Assembly (NCBI RefSeq): GCF_001194135.2
Contig: NC_068985.1
Coordinates: 29,791,388-29,855,387, forward strand
DNA: 64,000 nt
Reading direction: 5' to 3'
From: Octopus bimaculoides
Lineage: Eukaryota
The notes beneath the pieces were generated by a model. It was not told where the DNA came from, did no database searches, and was given only the letters and a program-made list of their open reading frames with translations. The position numbers and the translations under genes were made by a program. Shown in pieces: positions 1 to 11,851 of the stretch. Numbering within the stretch: position 1 is the first letter of the stretch; each line of letters starts with the position of its first letter.

Positions 1-241
1 CGGGTGGCACATAAAAGACACCATTTCGAGCGTGGCCGTTTTCGTGCGGGTGACACGTAAAAGCACCCACTACACTCTCTGAGTGGTTGGCGTTAGGAAG
101 GGCATCCAGCTGTAGAAACTCTGCCAAATCAGACTGGAGCCTGGTGTTGCCATCCGGTTTCATCAGTCCTCAGTCAAATCGTCCAACCCATGCTAGCATG
201 GAAAGCGGACGTTAAACGATGATGATGATGATGATGATGAT
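1..241 (+). mobile_element. SINE-like dispersed repeat with ggaagggcatccagctgtagaa core and (GAT)n tail; other copies about 26035-26220(+), 40770-41098(-, includes head), 43280-43465(+), 45860-45990(-), 52830-53020(+), 59995-60160(-)
   Basis: At least 7 recognisably homologous copies ending ...ccaacccatgccagcatggaaagcggacgttaaa(gat)n. Exact family name not assigned. Confidence 0.8.
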
Positions 242-561
242 ATATATATATATATATATATGAAGCATCACATAAAAACAGATTCATCATGTATGTATAT
301 ATATATATGAAGCATCACATAAAAACAGATTAAAAGGTTGTCATGTGAATGAAGTAGTTGCTATATAGCCTTTTGACCTGTTAAAAAAAAAGCCAAATCT
401 ATCTTAAGGCAACTCCTATTGTACACAATGGATAATGTTATGTGGTGTATCCTGTACCCAGAGGATGGTCATGGGCAGAATGTCTTTTCTCAAAGTTCTG
501 CTCATTGTGGACTGATCTGATTTCCAGCTAAAACAAGTAATAGGTAATTGAAGTGGCTTAC

Positions 562-713
562 TCTGAAGATTGTTGATAGTCATGGGATAGCACCTTACAC
601 TTCATCCCGGCAACCTTCACGCCATCTCTAAGGTCGTCAATGTGCTTTCCTAAATTGATGCCTGTGATGGTGACATTTGTCTTACCTCCAATGGGTCCTG
701 ATATTGGGCTGAA
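562..713 (-). CDS. PLXN: Plexin coding exon 13, first IPT/TIG domain (FSPISGPIGGKTNVTITGINLG...YQQSS)
   Basis: Acceptor ttgttacag|, donor ga|gtaagc; 152 nt, phase 0 to 2; classic IPT start motif P.SGP..G.T.VTI.G.NLG. Confidence 0.93.
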
Positions 714-1532
714 CTGTAACAAGAATAAAAAAAAACCCAAAGAAACAGAGTAAAAAATAATGATTACAAACATTGGCATCAAAGCCACAAAATTTTGGGG
801 AGGAGTTGCTATTTGTTATACTGACTCCAGTATATTTACTAGCACATTTAGTTTTACTAATCAAAGAATACTGAGAAACGAAGTTGACACTGGCTGGAAT
901 TGAACTCAGAATGTAGATCCCCACTCGACCTGACACATATTCCTCAAGGCCTTTTCTGCAATTATCACCTGCTTCCACAGCACAGAAAAGTAACTATGAG
1001 CCAAGAGTTCACATTAGCAATGGCATTTGTATTTTTCCTGCTCAGTATTATGGAACCATCCTGCAAGCAGCCTTCTTACCTCATTCTCAGTCTTAAATAA
1101 TAGGCAAACATTTCCATATACCATTCCTTGTTGATGCTGTACATATCCTGTCATATGCTGACCAGTTTTCTCCAACTCCTCTCCTGAGGTCATATGATAG
1201 CTCCTCCATTATTTGAAAAACAACTATCACACAATGTCAAAGCAAGGAGACAGTAACACACACACACACACAAATAGGCTTCTTTCAGTTCCCAGCTACC
1301 AAATCCATTCACAAGGTTTTAGCATGTATATAGTTTAAACATGCATCATATCAACTCTTTCAGCAAAGCAACAGCACACACTCACTCACATGCATGCACA
1401 CATACACACAGAAAGCAGGAGCAGCACTGACAATACCAAATTTCCAACCAAGAAATCTGGTGTTATACATCATCAACATCTACACCAGACTAGAGAAAAA
1501 GGTGAAAATCAATTAAAAGGGTAGCTTCTTAC

Positions 1533-1699
1533 CCGGAGGATCCTTGGATCGGGGCACGTGTCAGATCTCTTCAGGACTGTTCCAGAACATTTACTTGCTA
1601 GCATACATTTGTTCGAGCACCAGACACAGTCATATTCTTTGTCCATGCTGAGGCATTTACCACAGTTTGTCACCATTAGTCGGCATTTGTAGGCACGGA
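1533..1699 (-). CDS. PLXN: Plexin coding exon 12, PSI domain 3 (VRAYKCRLMVTNCGKCLSMDKEYDCVWC...CPDPRILR)
   Basis: Acceptor ctgtttag|, donor cgg|gtaaga; 167 nt, phase 1 to 0; PSI cysteine pattern. Confidence 0.93.
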
Positions 1700-2248
1700 C
1701 TAAACAGAGCAAGAGAATGAGATTCAGAGAGAGAGAGAGAGAGATAGCATGAAAGGTAAAGTAAAGTGATGTGTGTGTGTGTGGTAACAGAGTGAGAAAG
1801 AAAGAGAGATAAAGACACACACAAACATCAACAATAAAACATTTTACTAAGACTGTTTAAGACTGGAAAAAGAGAACAGTGTCACCCACATAACTTGAAC
1901 CTTCTATTTATTACCAACTGGTTACACCAAAGAGGCCTACCCATCCTTATTTTACCAACTCTGAAATGATGAAAGGCAAAGTTGACTGAGGCAGAATTTG
2001 AACTCAGAACATAAAGATAAATGAAATGCTGCTAATGATTGTACCAGCTCGCTTCTTTCTAAAGCCATAAATATTCATTATTGAATATAAAGTAAATGTT
2101 TACAGTTTCTATATAAAAATGTTAATTTTACCCAAGGGAATTCAATGTATAATTTGTAAACAACTATTATTTTGGTATCAGAGAATCACAATAACTGTTG
2201 CCTTTCAAGCCCAAGGTACCAGGCATTTGTGAACAAAATTTAGTGCGC

Positions 2249-2457
2249 TATAGGCGGGGGTACTGAAAAGTTTTGGGTAAAAGAAAATACAGGAGGATCA
2301 GATAATTATGATTTTATTTAACATATTCTCCTTCACACACTTAGTGCAGTGGTTCTTCAGTTTTTCTAAACCCTGCAAAAGAACTCGGAAGGTTAGGACT
2401 CCAACCAGGCCTTTTGCGATACCCTTAACACCAGGAACTTTTCAGCACCCACTCATA
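2249..2457. mobile_element. Tc1/mariner-type MITE
   Basis: Degenerate TIRs tataggcgggggtactgaaaagttttgg and ccaggaacttttcagcacccactcata with TA at both ends; no ORF. Confidence 0.7.
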
Positions 2458-2714
2458 AACGGAAGACATCATATGTAATGTTACATGATATGTATCAAAT
2501 TTTAAGTTTCTCGATTCTCTTTCAGAAGTATTTACAGCATCAACATTAAAGATTCCAGTTAGACATAGAAAACGAAAAGGCATATCAAATTTGTGACTTG
2601 AGCCATCAGTATAGCAAATCAGAGATCATTGGCTTCTTGAATGTCACTTGGTCATTCTACTATTATAGTATGAGAGACGGGGAGGAGAAAGGAAGGGAGA
2701 AAAATGTAAATTAC

Positions 2715-2814
2715 CTTGGATGTTATCTGGGTTGTCCAGTTGAAGGCTTTGATTACCCCATACTACACGGAAAGACACTGGCACATATGGAATTTCTTGG
2801 TCAGTATAAGCAAA
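2715..2814 (-). CDS. PLXN: Plexin coding exon 11 (FAYTDQEIPYVPVSFRVVWGNQSLQLDNPDNIQ)
   Basis: Acceptor ttctgcag|, donor caag|gtaatt; 100 nt, phase 0 to 1; VVW...LDNP motif typical of plexins just before PSI3. Confidence 0.92.
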
Positions 2815-3809
2815 CTGCAGAAGAAAAAGATCAACAAGAATAACCACTAAAACAAAGAGAGATAAATTGTTAAATATTTATATTTCCACAGGGGAACACC
2901 TACTCCTAATATATCACAGTGACAAGTTACAAACAAATGATTCCTTCTGTTGTCTGGCTGGTATCATATCAACTCATCCCATTATACATTTGGGATAATA
3001 AGCTAATCTTTTTACAAATCAGAAAGGGTTTATAGAAATGGGGCTGCAATTAACTTTGGAGGTCTTTAGTGTTAATATCTGGAAACCAAACATGAGTGTA
3101 GACATATAAAATATTTATTTCAAAGGAGCTGCACTCACTCATAAACCCTTTACCTATCTCAAAAGAATGGAAGGTAAAGCTAATCCTGGCAGGATCTAAA
3201 CTCAAAATGTAAAGAGTGAGAAAAAGTGCTGCTAAGCTTTTTGTCCAACATGCAAACTCTAAAAAAATTAAAGAAAAGGCGGAATTGGTTAGATATAAGA
3301 ACAATCTGGACCTTTACCAAATATTCTCACTAACTCTTTTCCTTTTAGATGTAGAAAACAGATACCAATCTACTCATCCACACTGAAAGCTCAATTCTTC
3401 CTGTCAGGAGAATAACATCAAGTTTCCTATCCACCACTAGAAACCACCTCTTCCTGCTAAGTTTAAAAATTTAACACCGTCACTATCAAAGTCAGCAAAA
3501 TAAAAACTAAGTTTAAAGTGACTGTAGATATACTGGGGAAGAGGCAATTAAATGTGTGTTGTGTACAAATGGTAAAATTAGGGGAAACTCCAACTAGACT
3601 CCATATGGGCAAAGAACATGTAATTTGAATTCTGAGTGCATCACAGCAGGGTGAGTAAATGGAGTAGGAATATTGTTGGCAGGAAAATGAGTGGATAAGT
3701 TAATTGAGAAAGCTGAAGTGTGTGATAGAATAATGAAGCTCAAATTAATCATGGACAATACAACATTAATCTCTGCATACATATCAAAACTGGCAGGTGA
3801 ACAGAAGAA

Positions 3810-5200
3810 ATGCTTTCTGAGTACCTCCTGCAGACTACTTCAATAACAAATAACAGTGACTTCCTTATTAAGGCTGCTGTTTTTAATGGATATGATGGCT
3901 TCTTTAGTGTACATGGAAGCTATTTTTATAAATCAAGGAATGAAGAGAAATCAAGGTTCTTGGAGTTCCGTGGTGCAAATGATCTTACCATTTGCTACAT
4001 TAACTTCAGGAAATCTGCCAGCCAGTCGATCACTTAACACTTTGGCAAACACACAAGTCCAACAAATTTCATACTCAGCATGAAACAAGACAGAAAGATG
4101 GTTGTGAATACTAAGCCTTTCCATAGAGAAGAATGTACCACACGACATAGATATATAGTTAGTAATTTCTGAGTAAAAGCTAGATGGATCAAGTGAAGCA
4201 AGATAATCTGGAGAATGAAGATATGAAAGCTGAAAGACCCCCACTCCAGTGCCAGCCAGCTGCAGGTTTAAAGAATGTACTAGTGCAGTACTTCTATGGA
4301 AGAGAAGTAGTCTGGAGTGAGGAGGACAACTGAAAATTTCTATGAGAAAACCTGCTTCTGAATAACAGATCAGATATGTGGCTGATGTAAGACAAGCCTG
4401 GAAACATTGATAGAAGGGGGTAAAGAATAATGTCAAAGAGAAGAGGTATATCAGGTATACTTGGCAAGGGGAAAACAAGGAATTTGCACACGTTTTGCCA
4501 TGTGAGAATCAGAGGTGTATTCCAGATAGCAAGAGAGTGTACAAGAGGGAATTGAGACTTATTGAAGATACACTATAGTGTGGTGACACTAAAAGAGGTA
4601 AAATAAAAGTATAGGAAAATTTACTACAGCAAGTTGTTAAATAAGGAGAAGACATTAGGAAGAGAGGGGTTCAACTGCAAATGGACACAACAAAGGGACC
4701 AACTGCTGAAGTTGACAGTTAGACCCTCAAAGATAGTTACTGAGACACTCAAAGTATCTGGCAAGGGAGATCACATACTGGCATCTTGGAAAGTCAAACA
4801 AGGAGTAAAAGGCAGTGTCATATCCAGTTACTGGTATAGAAGTTTCATCATCAATGGTACTCCCTTTTCTAGCTCCCTCTCACTGTGGTTCTCTCTTGGT
4901 TATGTTACCTTGAATGAGTGGTGACAAAATGACAAAAAAGTGAGGTGTAACATAGTGAGAGGTAAGAGAGTAATGAAGAGAGTTAGAAAGTGGAAAGGAG
5001 GATTCTTTAGTATTACTGGTAAGAAGAGAATCTCTCAAGAGCTGGTGCCACAATAAAATGCCCCCAATACAATTCTGAAGACAGGCTGGCATCAGGAAGA
5101 CTGATAAGCCACAAAAACCATGCCCAAAATGAAACATATAAGCAAGATGTGGCTCTGGATGCATTTGGAAGAGCAGTAACTCTAAATAAGATCTGATTTA
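3810..5200 (+). mobile_element. Heavily degraded LINE-like fragment
   Basis: Purine-rich coding-like texture with many stops; VKQGVKGSVIS around 4795-4830 resembles the RT motif GVRQGCVLSP. Boundaries approximate. Confidence 0.4.
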
Positions 5201-5293
5201 GACTACAACAACTTGACCAATCCAAACCATCATGGAAAAGAATATAAAGCAATGATAATGATGATGATGATGATAATGTCACTCCAAACTAAC

Positions 5294-5398
5294 CTCTGTT
5301 TTCTGACAGACAAGGTCTGGCTCAGAGACATCAGCACGTACTGTTTTCTTCTGACCCAAATATTCAAAATGGCACTTCAAATTCTTCTTCTGTTCAGG
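5294..5398 (-). CDS. PLXN: Plexin coding exon 10 (PEQKKNLKCHFEYLGQKKTVRADVSEPDLVCQKTE)
   Basis: Acceptor attttcag|, donor gag|gttagt; 105 nt, phase 0 to 0; absent from the ORF track, found by reading; fits the plexin C.F....V.A....C pattern. Confidence 0.88.
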
Positions 5399-5760
5399 CT
5401 GAAAATGTTAGACAAGGAGCAGTTGATTAAACCAAAGAAGATATAGATGAGTGTGTGTGTGTGTTGACAGTAGTTGTGACATCAAGGCATAGAAATCATG
5501 ACAAATTAAACAGCAGAGCTTGGTGCAGTCCTCTAGCTTGCCAGCTCCTGTCAAACCATCTCATCCATGCCAGCACAGAAAATGGTGATGGTGGTGATGA
5601 TGATGACGATGACGATGAGTGTGTGCATGCATGTGTCTGTCTGTCTGCCTGCCTATCTGTCTATCTATCTATCTATAAAAGTTATGAAACTCCACACAAG
5701 GTCGTTTATATTCAAAACATATTGCTTACAGATTTATCAAAAGATGCTTCTGGTTTCAAT

Positions 5761-6050
5761 TGTTAAAACAATATAACTCATATCAATAAAAAGGGGAAAA
5801 TTAATTGAATTAAAATCAATTTTTTACGAAAGCAGTTTTCCCAAGTCATTTATATAAAATTTTCATGTTAGTAGTCGTTGGTCTCCTCCTGGTAGCTGTC
5901 ATAGTCATAGTAGTGGCAACAGTTATCAGATGGAGACCAGCAATGACTACTATGAAAATTCTGTACGAAAAAACACATGAACTTTCAAAACTGCTATCAC
6001 TGAAGATTAATTTAGTTTAATTCAATTAATTTTCCCCTTTTATTTTAACA
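5761..6050. repeat. Long fold-back (MITE-like inverted repeat)
   Basis: 26-bp perfect arms at 5789-5814 and 6016-6041, further nested complementary blocks, central spacer of about 45 nt. Confidence 0.8.
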
Positions 6051-6070
6051 ATTAGAATTAGTAATTTATA

Positions 6071-6358
6071 CATGGTCTGATCAATAAGTATCCGGACTGT
6101 TGCCATAGTAATGAAGCTAAAGCACACAGAGTAAAGCCGCTTGGCACACACTGACCTTGAACTCTGCGGTGCATGTGCACTAAGTTTTAGTGTTCTAGCT
6201 TACTTCCGCTGTTTACAGAAGTGCTTGGAAGTAACATGTATAACATGTGTTTGTTGCATTGACCATGACAGAGGAAGATGAGCAGAAAATCTGCATCAAA
6301 TTTTGCCAAAAGCTCGGCAATACCTGCTCAGAGGCCTATGCAAAGTTTTCAAGAAGTT
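6071..6358 (+). mobile_element. Mariner 5' fragment (TIR plus transposase N-terminus MTEEDEQKICIKFCQKLG); related TIR piece at about 51436-51495
   Basis: TA + catggtctgatcaataagtatccggact terminus; EQ.ICIKFC.KLG is a mariner transposase N-terminal motif; ATG at 6265. Confidence 0.75.
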
Positions 6359-6831
6359 TTCAGGGAATATAATCCAAAACCTACAGGGAAAAATTCAATT
6401 TAGCAATTCTAAATCAAATTTTACAATATATAATATATATATATATATAATTTACAAAAAAACCTCTATTAAACAATTCAATAATGAAAAACTTAATTCA
6501 TACCATCAAGAAAAATAAATATACTATAAAAACCTTATTCTAAAAATCAATAAAGTACATAAACAATAAATAATATTAAACCGACTATGCGCGTTTCGTG
6601 GCTATATTTTCAAATAGATAACAATAATAAAATCAATCCGATTCGAAATCAAATTGATCTAAAATTAATTCTATTTGTGGTATGGCCCCTGACCTTGCCA
6701 GTTCTTGTCAAGCTATCCAACCCATGTCAGCATGGAAAACGGATGTTAAATATTGATGATGATGAAATGTTGATGTATGAAGGTTGCAGCTACCTTACAG
6801 GATACTGATACAAGAGATTATATTGACTTAC

Positions 6832-6948
6832 CAAAAGATTCTCTACTTTGACTCTGACTTCTTTCTTTGTTCCAGAATGTACCACAATATCAGCAACTGG
6901 GTTGACAAGGCGTGGACACTTATTGGGATCAATGATATCAACTTGGCG
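6832..6948 (-). CDS. PLXN: Plexin coding exon 9 (RQVDIIDPNKCPRLVNPVADIVVHSGTKKEVRVKVENLL)
   Basis: Acceptor cttattttag|, donor ttg|gtaagt; 117 nt, phase 0 to 0; CP.L...V...NL motif following PSI2. Confidence 0.9.
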
Positions 6949-8120
6949 CTAAAATAAGCAGAGATAACGAAATCATTACTATTATTATTATTATCATCAT
7001 CATCATTATTATTGCTCTTATTTCATCCACTTAAGGTTGAAAAAATAAGTACCACGTATACACTTTAACTTATTTAATAAACTGTACATCAGCATTATTT
7101 TACATTTTTTTTTTCTACGATTAAATGATCATGCTGAAGATCTTTCACTGGCTTGTGTAATTCCCATTTCAAATAGACTAAGAAAAGCTTGTATTTAGTA
7201 TATATTTAGTAAGTCAAGCCATGCTTGTGAAAGCTATTTTGCTGGTTCATCTGCCCATCATTATAAAGTTGGTGATGCGCTAGTTGAAAGAGATTTGGCT
7301 GCTACATTCACCATTTTAAATTGATCTAAATTAAAACCAATCAACAACATTTCATGTTAATTTATTTCTCAAACACCAGCTTAATGACAAAGTTATTTTT
7401 ATAAATGCATTATTATTTTCAAAATTAATTGAATAAATTGAAATAAAGCAGCATATTTCAACAGGAATATGGTAACTAAAGGATTAAACAGATTGAATGG
7501 CTGAATAAAAATATCTCTTTGTTGGTTTATACAGTCACTATTTTGAAGCTGGTTAATTACTGATTCAATGAGATTAAGTTGCACTATTCTGCAGGTTGTG
7601 TGACTACATAGAAGTTCCCTTGCTAAACCAGTAGATAAATTGGGCTTCTGTACAATTTTTGTCTACCAAATTACACAAACAAGCATTGGTAGTCAACTCA
7701 AGACTGTAATAGAAGACACTTGGCCAAGAGCCTGCTTGCAATCAAACCTGGAACCACTGAAGTGAACTTCTCAACCAGGCAACCATCCTTGATAACCCCA
7801 ACAGACTAACAATTATTTTGTAAGAATTCAACACACCACCCAGTCCAGGAATTGAATCCATGAGTTCACAATCATGAATACAACCTAACCACTAGGCCAT
7901 GCATCCTCACTCATGTGATATAATCTTGTGTTAAATGAACATTTATATTTTACATTGCTGATAGTCATGAGATCTGAGATATATGAAGAATTAAATGTAA
8001 CACTGAAATACACAACAAAACCTCATGTAGTGGGTTTGAACCCAGTGCCTATGAGATGATAGTTCTAAGCCATATCTCTTTTTCTCAATGAATCAGCTAT
8101 GAACAAAAGGGGGTACTTAC

Positions 8121-8232
8121 TCCAGACTGTATGTTGTTGGTGTCAGAACAAGAACTGCTGGAAGAATCAATGCATGTTCCACTGAATGGACACCACTGAC
8201 AGGAGAATGTGCTGCCTGTGCACTCTGTGCAG
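8121..8232 (-). CDS. PLXN: Plexin coding exon 8, PSI domain 2 (CTECTGSTFSCQWCPFSGTCIDSSSSSCSDTNNIQSG)
   Basis: Acceptor tttttgcag|, donor gga|gtaagt; 112 nt, phase 2 to 0; C..C......C.WC.....C pattern. Confidence 0.93.
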
Positions 8233-8730
8233 CTGCAAAAATATTAGTGAAACAACATAAATAAATAACAAATAATTTTGCATAGGAAGCCATTTTTAAC
8301 CTTGTTTAACCCTTTGCCTGTCAAAGTTATTTTCGTAAGTTTATCCTAAACATCTATGTTCATTTTTCAGGCTCTTAGTTAACCTTTGTTTCATGTTTGA
8401 GTATAATGAAAAGCTTTCCTTTCATAAGTCCCAAGTTACTCTGGTGATTGAAAATATAGGAAATGTATACCATATATGATGCATCGATGGCAGAGAAATA
8501 TGTCCCGTGTATCACATGTGATTTGCAAATCACCACAAATCCTGGTCCCTTGTCATCTCCTCGCTGAGGCCCAGTGTCTGAAAATCCTTTCTCATCACTT
8601 CATCTCACATCTTAGTTTTCCTTAGTAAAAAAAAGAGGCCTGTGAATTTTGTGGAACCTCTTCTGTTAACTGTCCTACCCATGCATGCATGGAAGATGGA
8701 CATTAAACAATGATGATGATGATGGTGATT

Positions 8731-9504
8731 GGACAATAAGTGTAAGCCAATGTCAACAGTGGTTCCAGAAATTCTGAGCTGGAAATTGCAGCCTAGAAGA
8801 TGAGCCTTGTCCTGGAAGATCTGTAGAGCTTGACGAGAACGTCTTGTAAACCCTGGTGGAACAAAATCCCATTGTAACTGTTGAGGAACTAGCAGAGAAG
8901 CTTGAATTTGGTCATTCAACCATTCATTGACATCTGCATGCCATTGGGAAAGTCAGCAAATTGGGTTAGTGGGTTCCTCACAAACTTTCCAAGTCTAATT
9001 GCATGCAGAGAGTGAATGTGTGCTCTTCTTCGCTATCACATCTCACAAATGAACCTTTTTTGGACAGAATATTGACTGGTGATGAGAAAAGGGTTCTCTA
9101 TAAAAACGTCAAGTGCCGAAGACAGTGGGTAGTGAAAGGAGAAACACCAACACCCCAAGTTAAAGAAGGTCTTCACCCACGTAAGGTGTTGTTATCTGGT
9201 TGGTGGGATACGAAAGGTTGAGTCCACTTTGAACTTTTAAACCCAATCCAAATGTTAAGGAGATCTACTGCGAGCAGCTTGAGTGATTTAAGTCAGTACT
9301 AGAAGAAAAACGACCATCTTTGGTTTCAAGAGAAAAGGCATTTTTTCATCAGGATAATGCTAGGCCACATACATCGAGGATGACATTCTAAAGGCTGGGG
9401 CAGTTTGAATGGGAAACAATGCCCCACCCACCAAATTCACCAGACATTGCCCCATCTGATTATCATTTATTCCGCAGTCTTCAAAATCATTTGGATGGAA
9501 AATA
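8731..9504 (+). mobile_element. Degenerate mariner transposase fragment, same family as 24479-25678
   Basis: WVPHKL, ILTGDEK, HQDNA and PHPPNSPDIAPSDYHLFRSLQNHL motifs with frameshifts and stops. Confidence 0.92.
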
Positions 9505-9979
9505 TGTGACTTCTGATGCAAGCTATACAAGCACCAGACTCTTGACTGCTACCTATCTCAAGTCTCACCTGGAGATATTGTTCACTTTACCACCTCTTTT
9601 GACTAAGTTATGACTCCCCCCCCCTACCTTCCACTAACAGATTAAATTTTGGTTCATTCATTTTTATGTAGGAATGTGAAGAGGACTTTGCAAAGAAGAG
9701 GAGTCACAGAACAAGTGTTATCAGTACCATCCATACATGTCATAAATTTTCTGCAAATTATGCTAATACTATTTTCAATATTTCAGTATATTTTCTTGTC
9801 TTATGAACAACAATCCTTGACTTTCAAACCCCTTGTTGTTTGGATGATTTGGTATAGACACAGCATAATAATAATTTCAAAAACAAAGTGTAAGTCATTA
9901 TAGCAAATAAAAATATAGAAAGTTAAGAAGAACACTGATAAAATTTGTAGTATTGTCATTTCAAATTGTATTAACGCAC

Positions 9980-10070
9980 CTTTTATGAACACGACAGTCA
10001 AAAACCTTGACACTTCTCTTCACTATTGACTTGCCGTCAACTTGAAACTCAAGATTAACCTCAGCATTAT
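9980..10070 (-). CDS. PLXN: Plexin coding exon 7 (DNAEVNLEFQVDGKSIVKRSVKVFDCRVHKS)
   Basis: Acceptor atttacag|, donor aag|gtgcgt; 91 nt, phase 1 to 2; bridges exons 6 and 8 in frame and supplies the FDC motif before PSI2. Confidence 0.9.
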
Positions 10071-10330
10071 CTGTAAATATTAGACGAGGAATAAAATCAT
10101 AAATAAAATAAAATAAAATAAAATAAGCAATTTGAATGGGATGGAGAAATGAAGATAGAATAGGATAATAAATTAGTATTAAGTATGGTATTAATTAAGT
10201 TAGTATATAAGTATGGTATTACTGGGGTGGATGTTGAGAGAATGAGTATGTAAGCATTGACACAAAATAGGAAAAAGATTGTAGTTAGTAATCCTGTTAC
10301 TGCTTGTTAGTGATATGTGCCTAAACTCAC

Positions 10331-10499
10331 CCTCACCCTTAGGAATTCTTGGTAGGTTTCTGTGATGGGGAAGGGGACAGATCACAACATTCTTTTGGAT
10401 CAAAGCTTCAGTCTGTTCTTTGGAATGGCCAGACAAGAACAAACAACCGATGTTATCAGATGATGGTGGTGCCTTCATTTGGTCAACTTTAAAACGCAC
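10331..10499 (-). CDS. PLXN: Plexin coding exon 6 (VRFKVDQMKAPPSSDNIGCLF...ICPLPHHRNLPRIPKGE)
   Basis: Acceptor ttttttacag|, donor gagg|gtgagt; 169 nt, phase 0 to 1; C.F...C..P....P.IP.G motif. Confidence 0.9.
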
Positions 10500-10559
10500 C
10501 TGTAAAAAAAAAGAAGGTAAATAAATTAAAATAACATGCTTATATGATATATATACACA

Positions 10560-11000
10560 TCCTGGACTCTTTAACCATCTTGATGAGCGAGGGTTCAGCA
10601 GACCACAGCAGTAAAGTGTTCTTAGTTCAATATTTTGTCATGTTGTCTCTTGTGGGAATTCAGGCATATCTGGGATTTGTAGATCCAGTTGTAAATGTTG
10701 CAGTAGTGGTCTCCATTATCTGGGTGTAAATTGGATCCAGCTCTATGCTGGACTTTTTTCTACTTCAAAGTGTTGATCCTGGCTGCCTCAAAGTTGATGA
10801 CTTGGTAGCAAGAGCTTCTCCACCAGATTATATTCAGTGTTTCCGATTCCCATGTCTTCAGATTTCTCTTGTAGATTTTCAAGCAAGTCCTTAGAGAAGT
10901 GAGTGGCCTTGGTGCCTGGCACCAGAGCTAAGATGTCTATAGAAGAGGGATTTAGGTAAGCTAATATCTTCCATGCATGCCATATGGACAACCTACCTCA
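10560..11000 (-). mobile_element. RTE-like LINE 3' end, degraded
   Basis: Minus-strand translation ends YCNIYNWIYKSQICLNSHKRQH*, matching the C..C...S..GL.SH.R.H terminus of RTE-type ORFs. Confidence 0.55.
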
Positions 11001-11431
11001 GCTGCACTTTGATAAGGAAACTCTCTGTACCTAGAATGTCATAACTTGCAGGAGATATTTTTCTTTTGTGCGTGCACTTGTGTGTGTAAAATTGAATGTA
11101 AACTCTTCATTGCAAGAAGGGAAAAAACTGAAAGTAGTGTCAGAATACATTTAAAGCTAAAACTTTAAATTTCAAGACTTTGGATTTCATGTCTTTGATT
11201 TTGACTCCACCCACCTCAAAACTGCTGGCCTAGTGTCAAAATTAGAAACTACTACTACTACTGCTACTGCTACTGCTACTGCTACTACTATTACTACTGC
11301 CGCTGCTGCTACACAAGACTGAACTGTTGATAATATTCATCCAAATACTTGAATGGTAGTTCTGAGTTTCTCAGAATTTGAGGAATGAAACATTAATAAG
11401 AAAATTCAGTTAACAAAAACTAAGAGGAAGC

Positions 11432-11463
<32 letters not shown>

Positions 11464-11565
11464 GTGTTGGAGGGACGGGGTTGTGTGTATGTGTGTGTAT
11501 GAGGAGAGTGTGTATGTGTGCGTATGAGGAGAGTGTGCATGTGTTTGTGTGAGGGTTTGTGCATA

Positions 11566-11570
<5 letters not shown>

Positions 11571-11649
<79 letters not shown>
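11571..11649. repeat. (GT)n microsatellite
   Basis: About 39 uninterrupted GT units, 58 nt into the intron after exon 5. Confidence 0.97.
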
Positions 11650-11650
<1 letters not shown>

Positions 11651-11706
11651 CTGATTACTACTGATGAATTTGTAGGGAAATATGTAAAAATTATTTTCAA
11701 ACCTAC

Positions 11707-11851
11707 CTGATCAACTCCAGCATTGGATGTGATATTCTGAAGGCTTAGTTCTTCTGGTAGAACTTCCATGATCTGAAGACAGGAACCACTGGAAGCTGAC
11801 ACCCAATGTGGCTGAACTTTGGATGCAGTACATTCAGCAAGGTTGGAACAT
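11707..11851 (-). CDS. PLXN: Plexin coding exon 5, end of PSI domain 1 (CSNLAECTASKVQPHWVSASSGSCLQIMEVLPEELSLQNITSNAGVDQ)
   Basis: Acceptor ctgttccag|, donor cag|gtaggt; 145 nt, phase 2 to 0. Confidence 0.92.

Noticed and set aside
241-331. Direct repeat tatatatatgaagcatcacataaaaacagatt
   Set aside because: Local slippage duplication beside a (TA)n tract; no array structure and nothing CRISPR-like.
3050-3500. Possible Penelope RT remnant on the minus strand (DPARISFT...)
   Set aside because: Only a vague resemblance; too decayed to call.
6580-6612. Minus-strand cgaaacgcgcatagtc resembling the 3' half of a hammerhead
   Set aside because: No CTGANGA block or stem II upstream.
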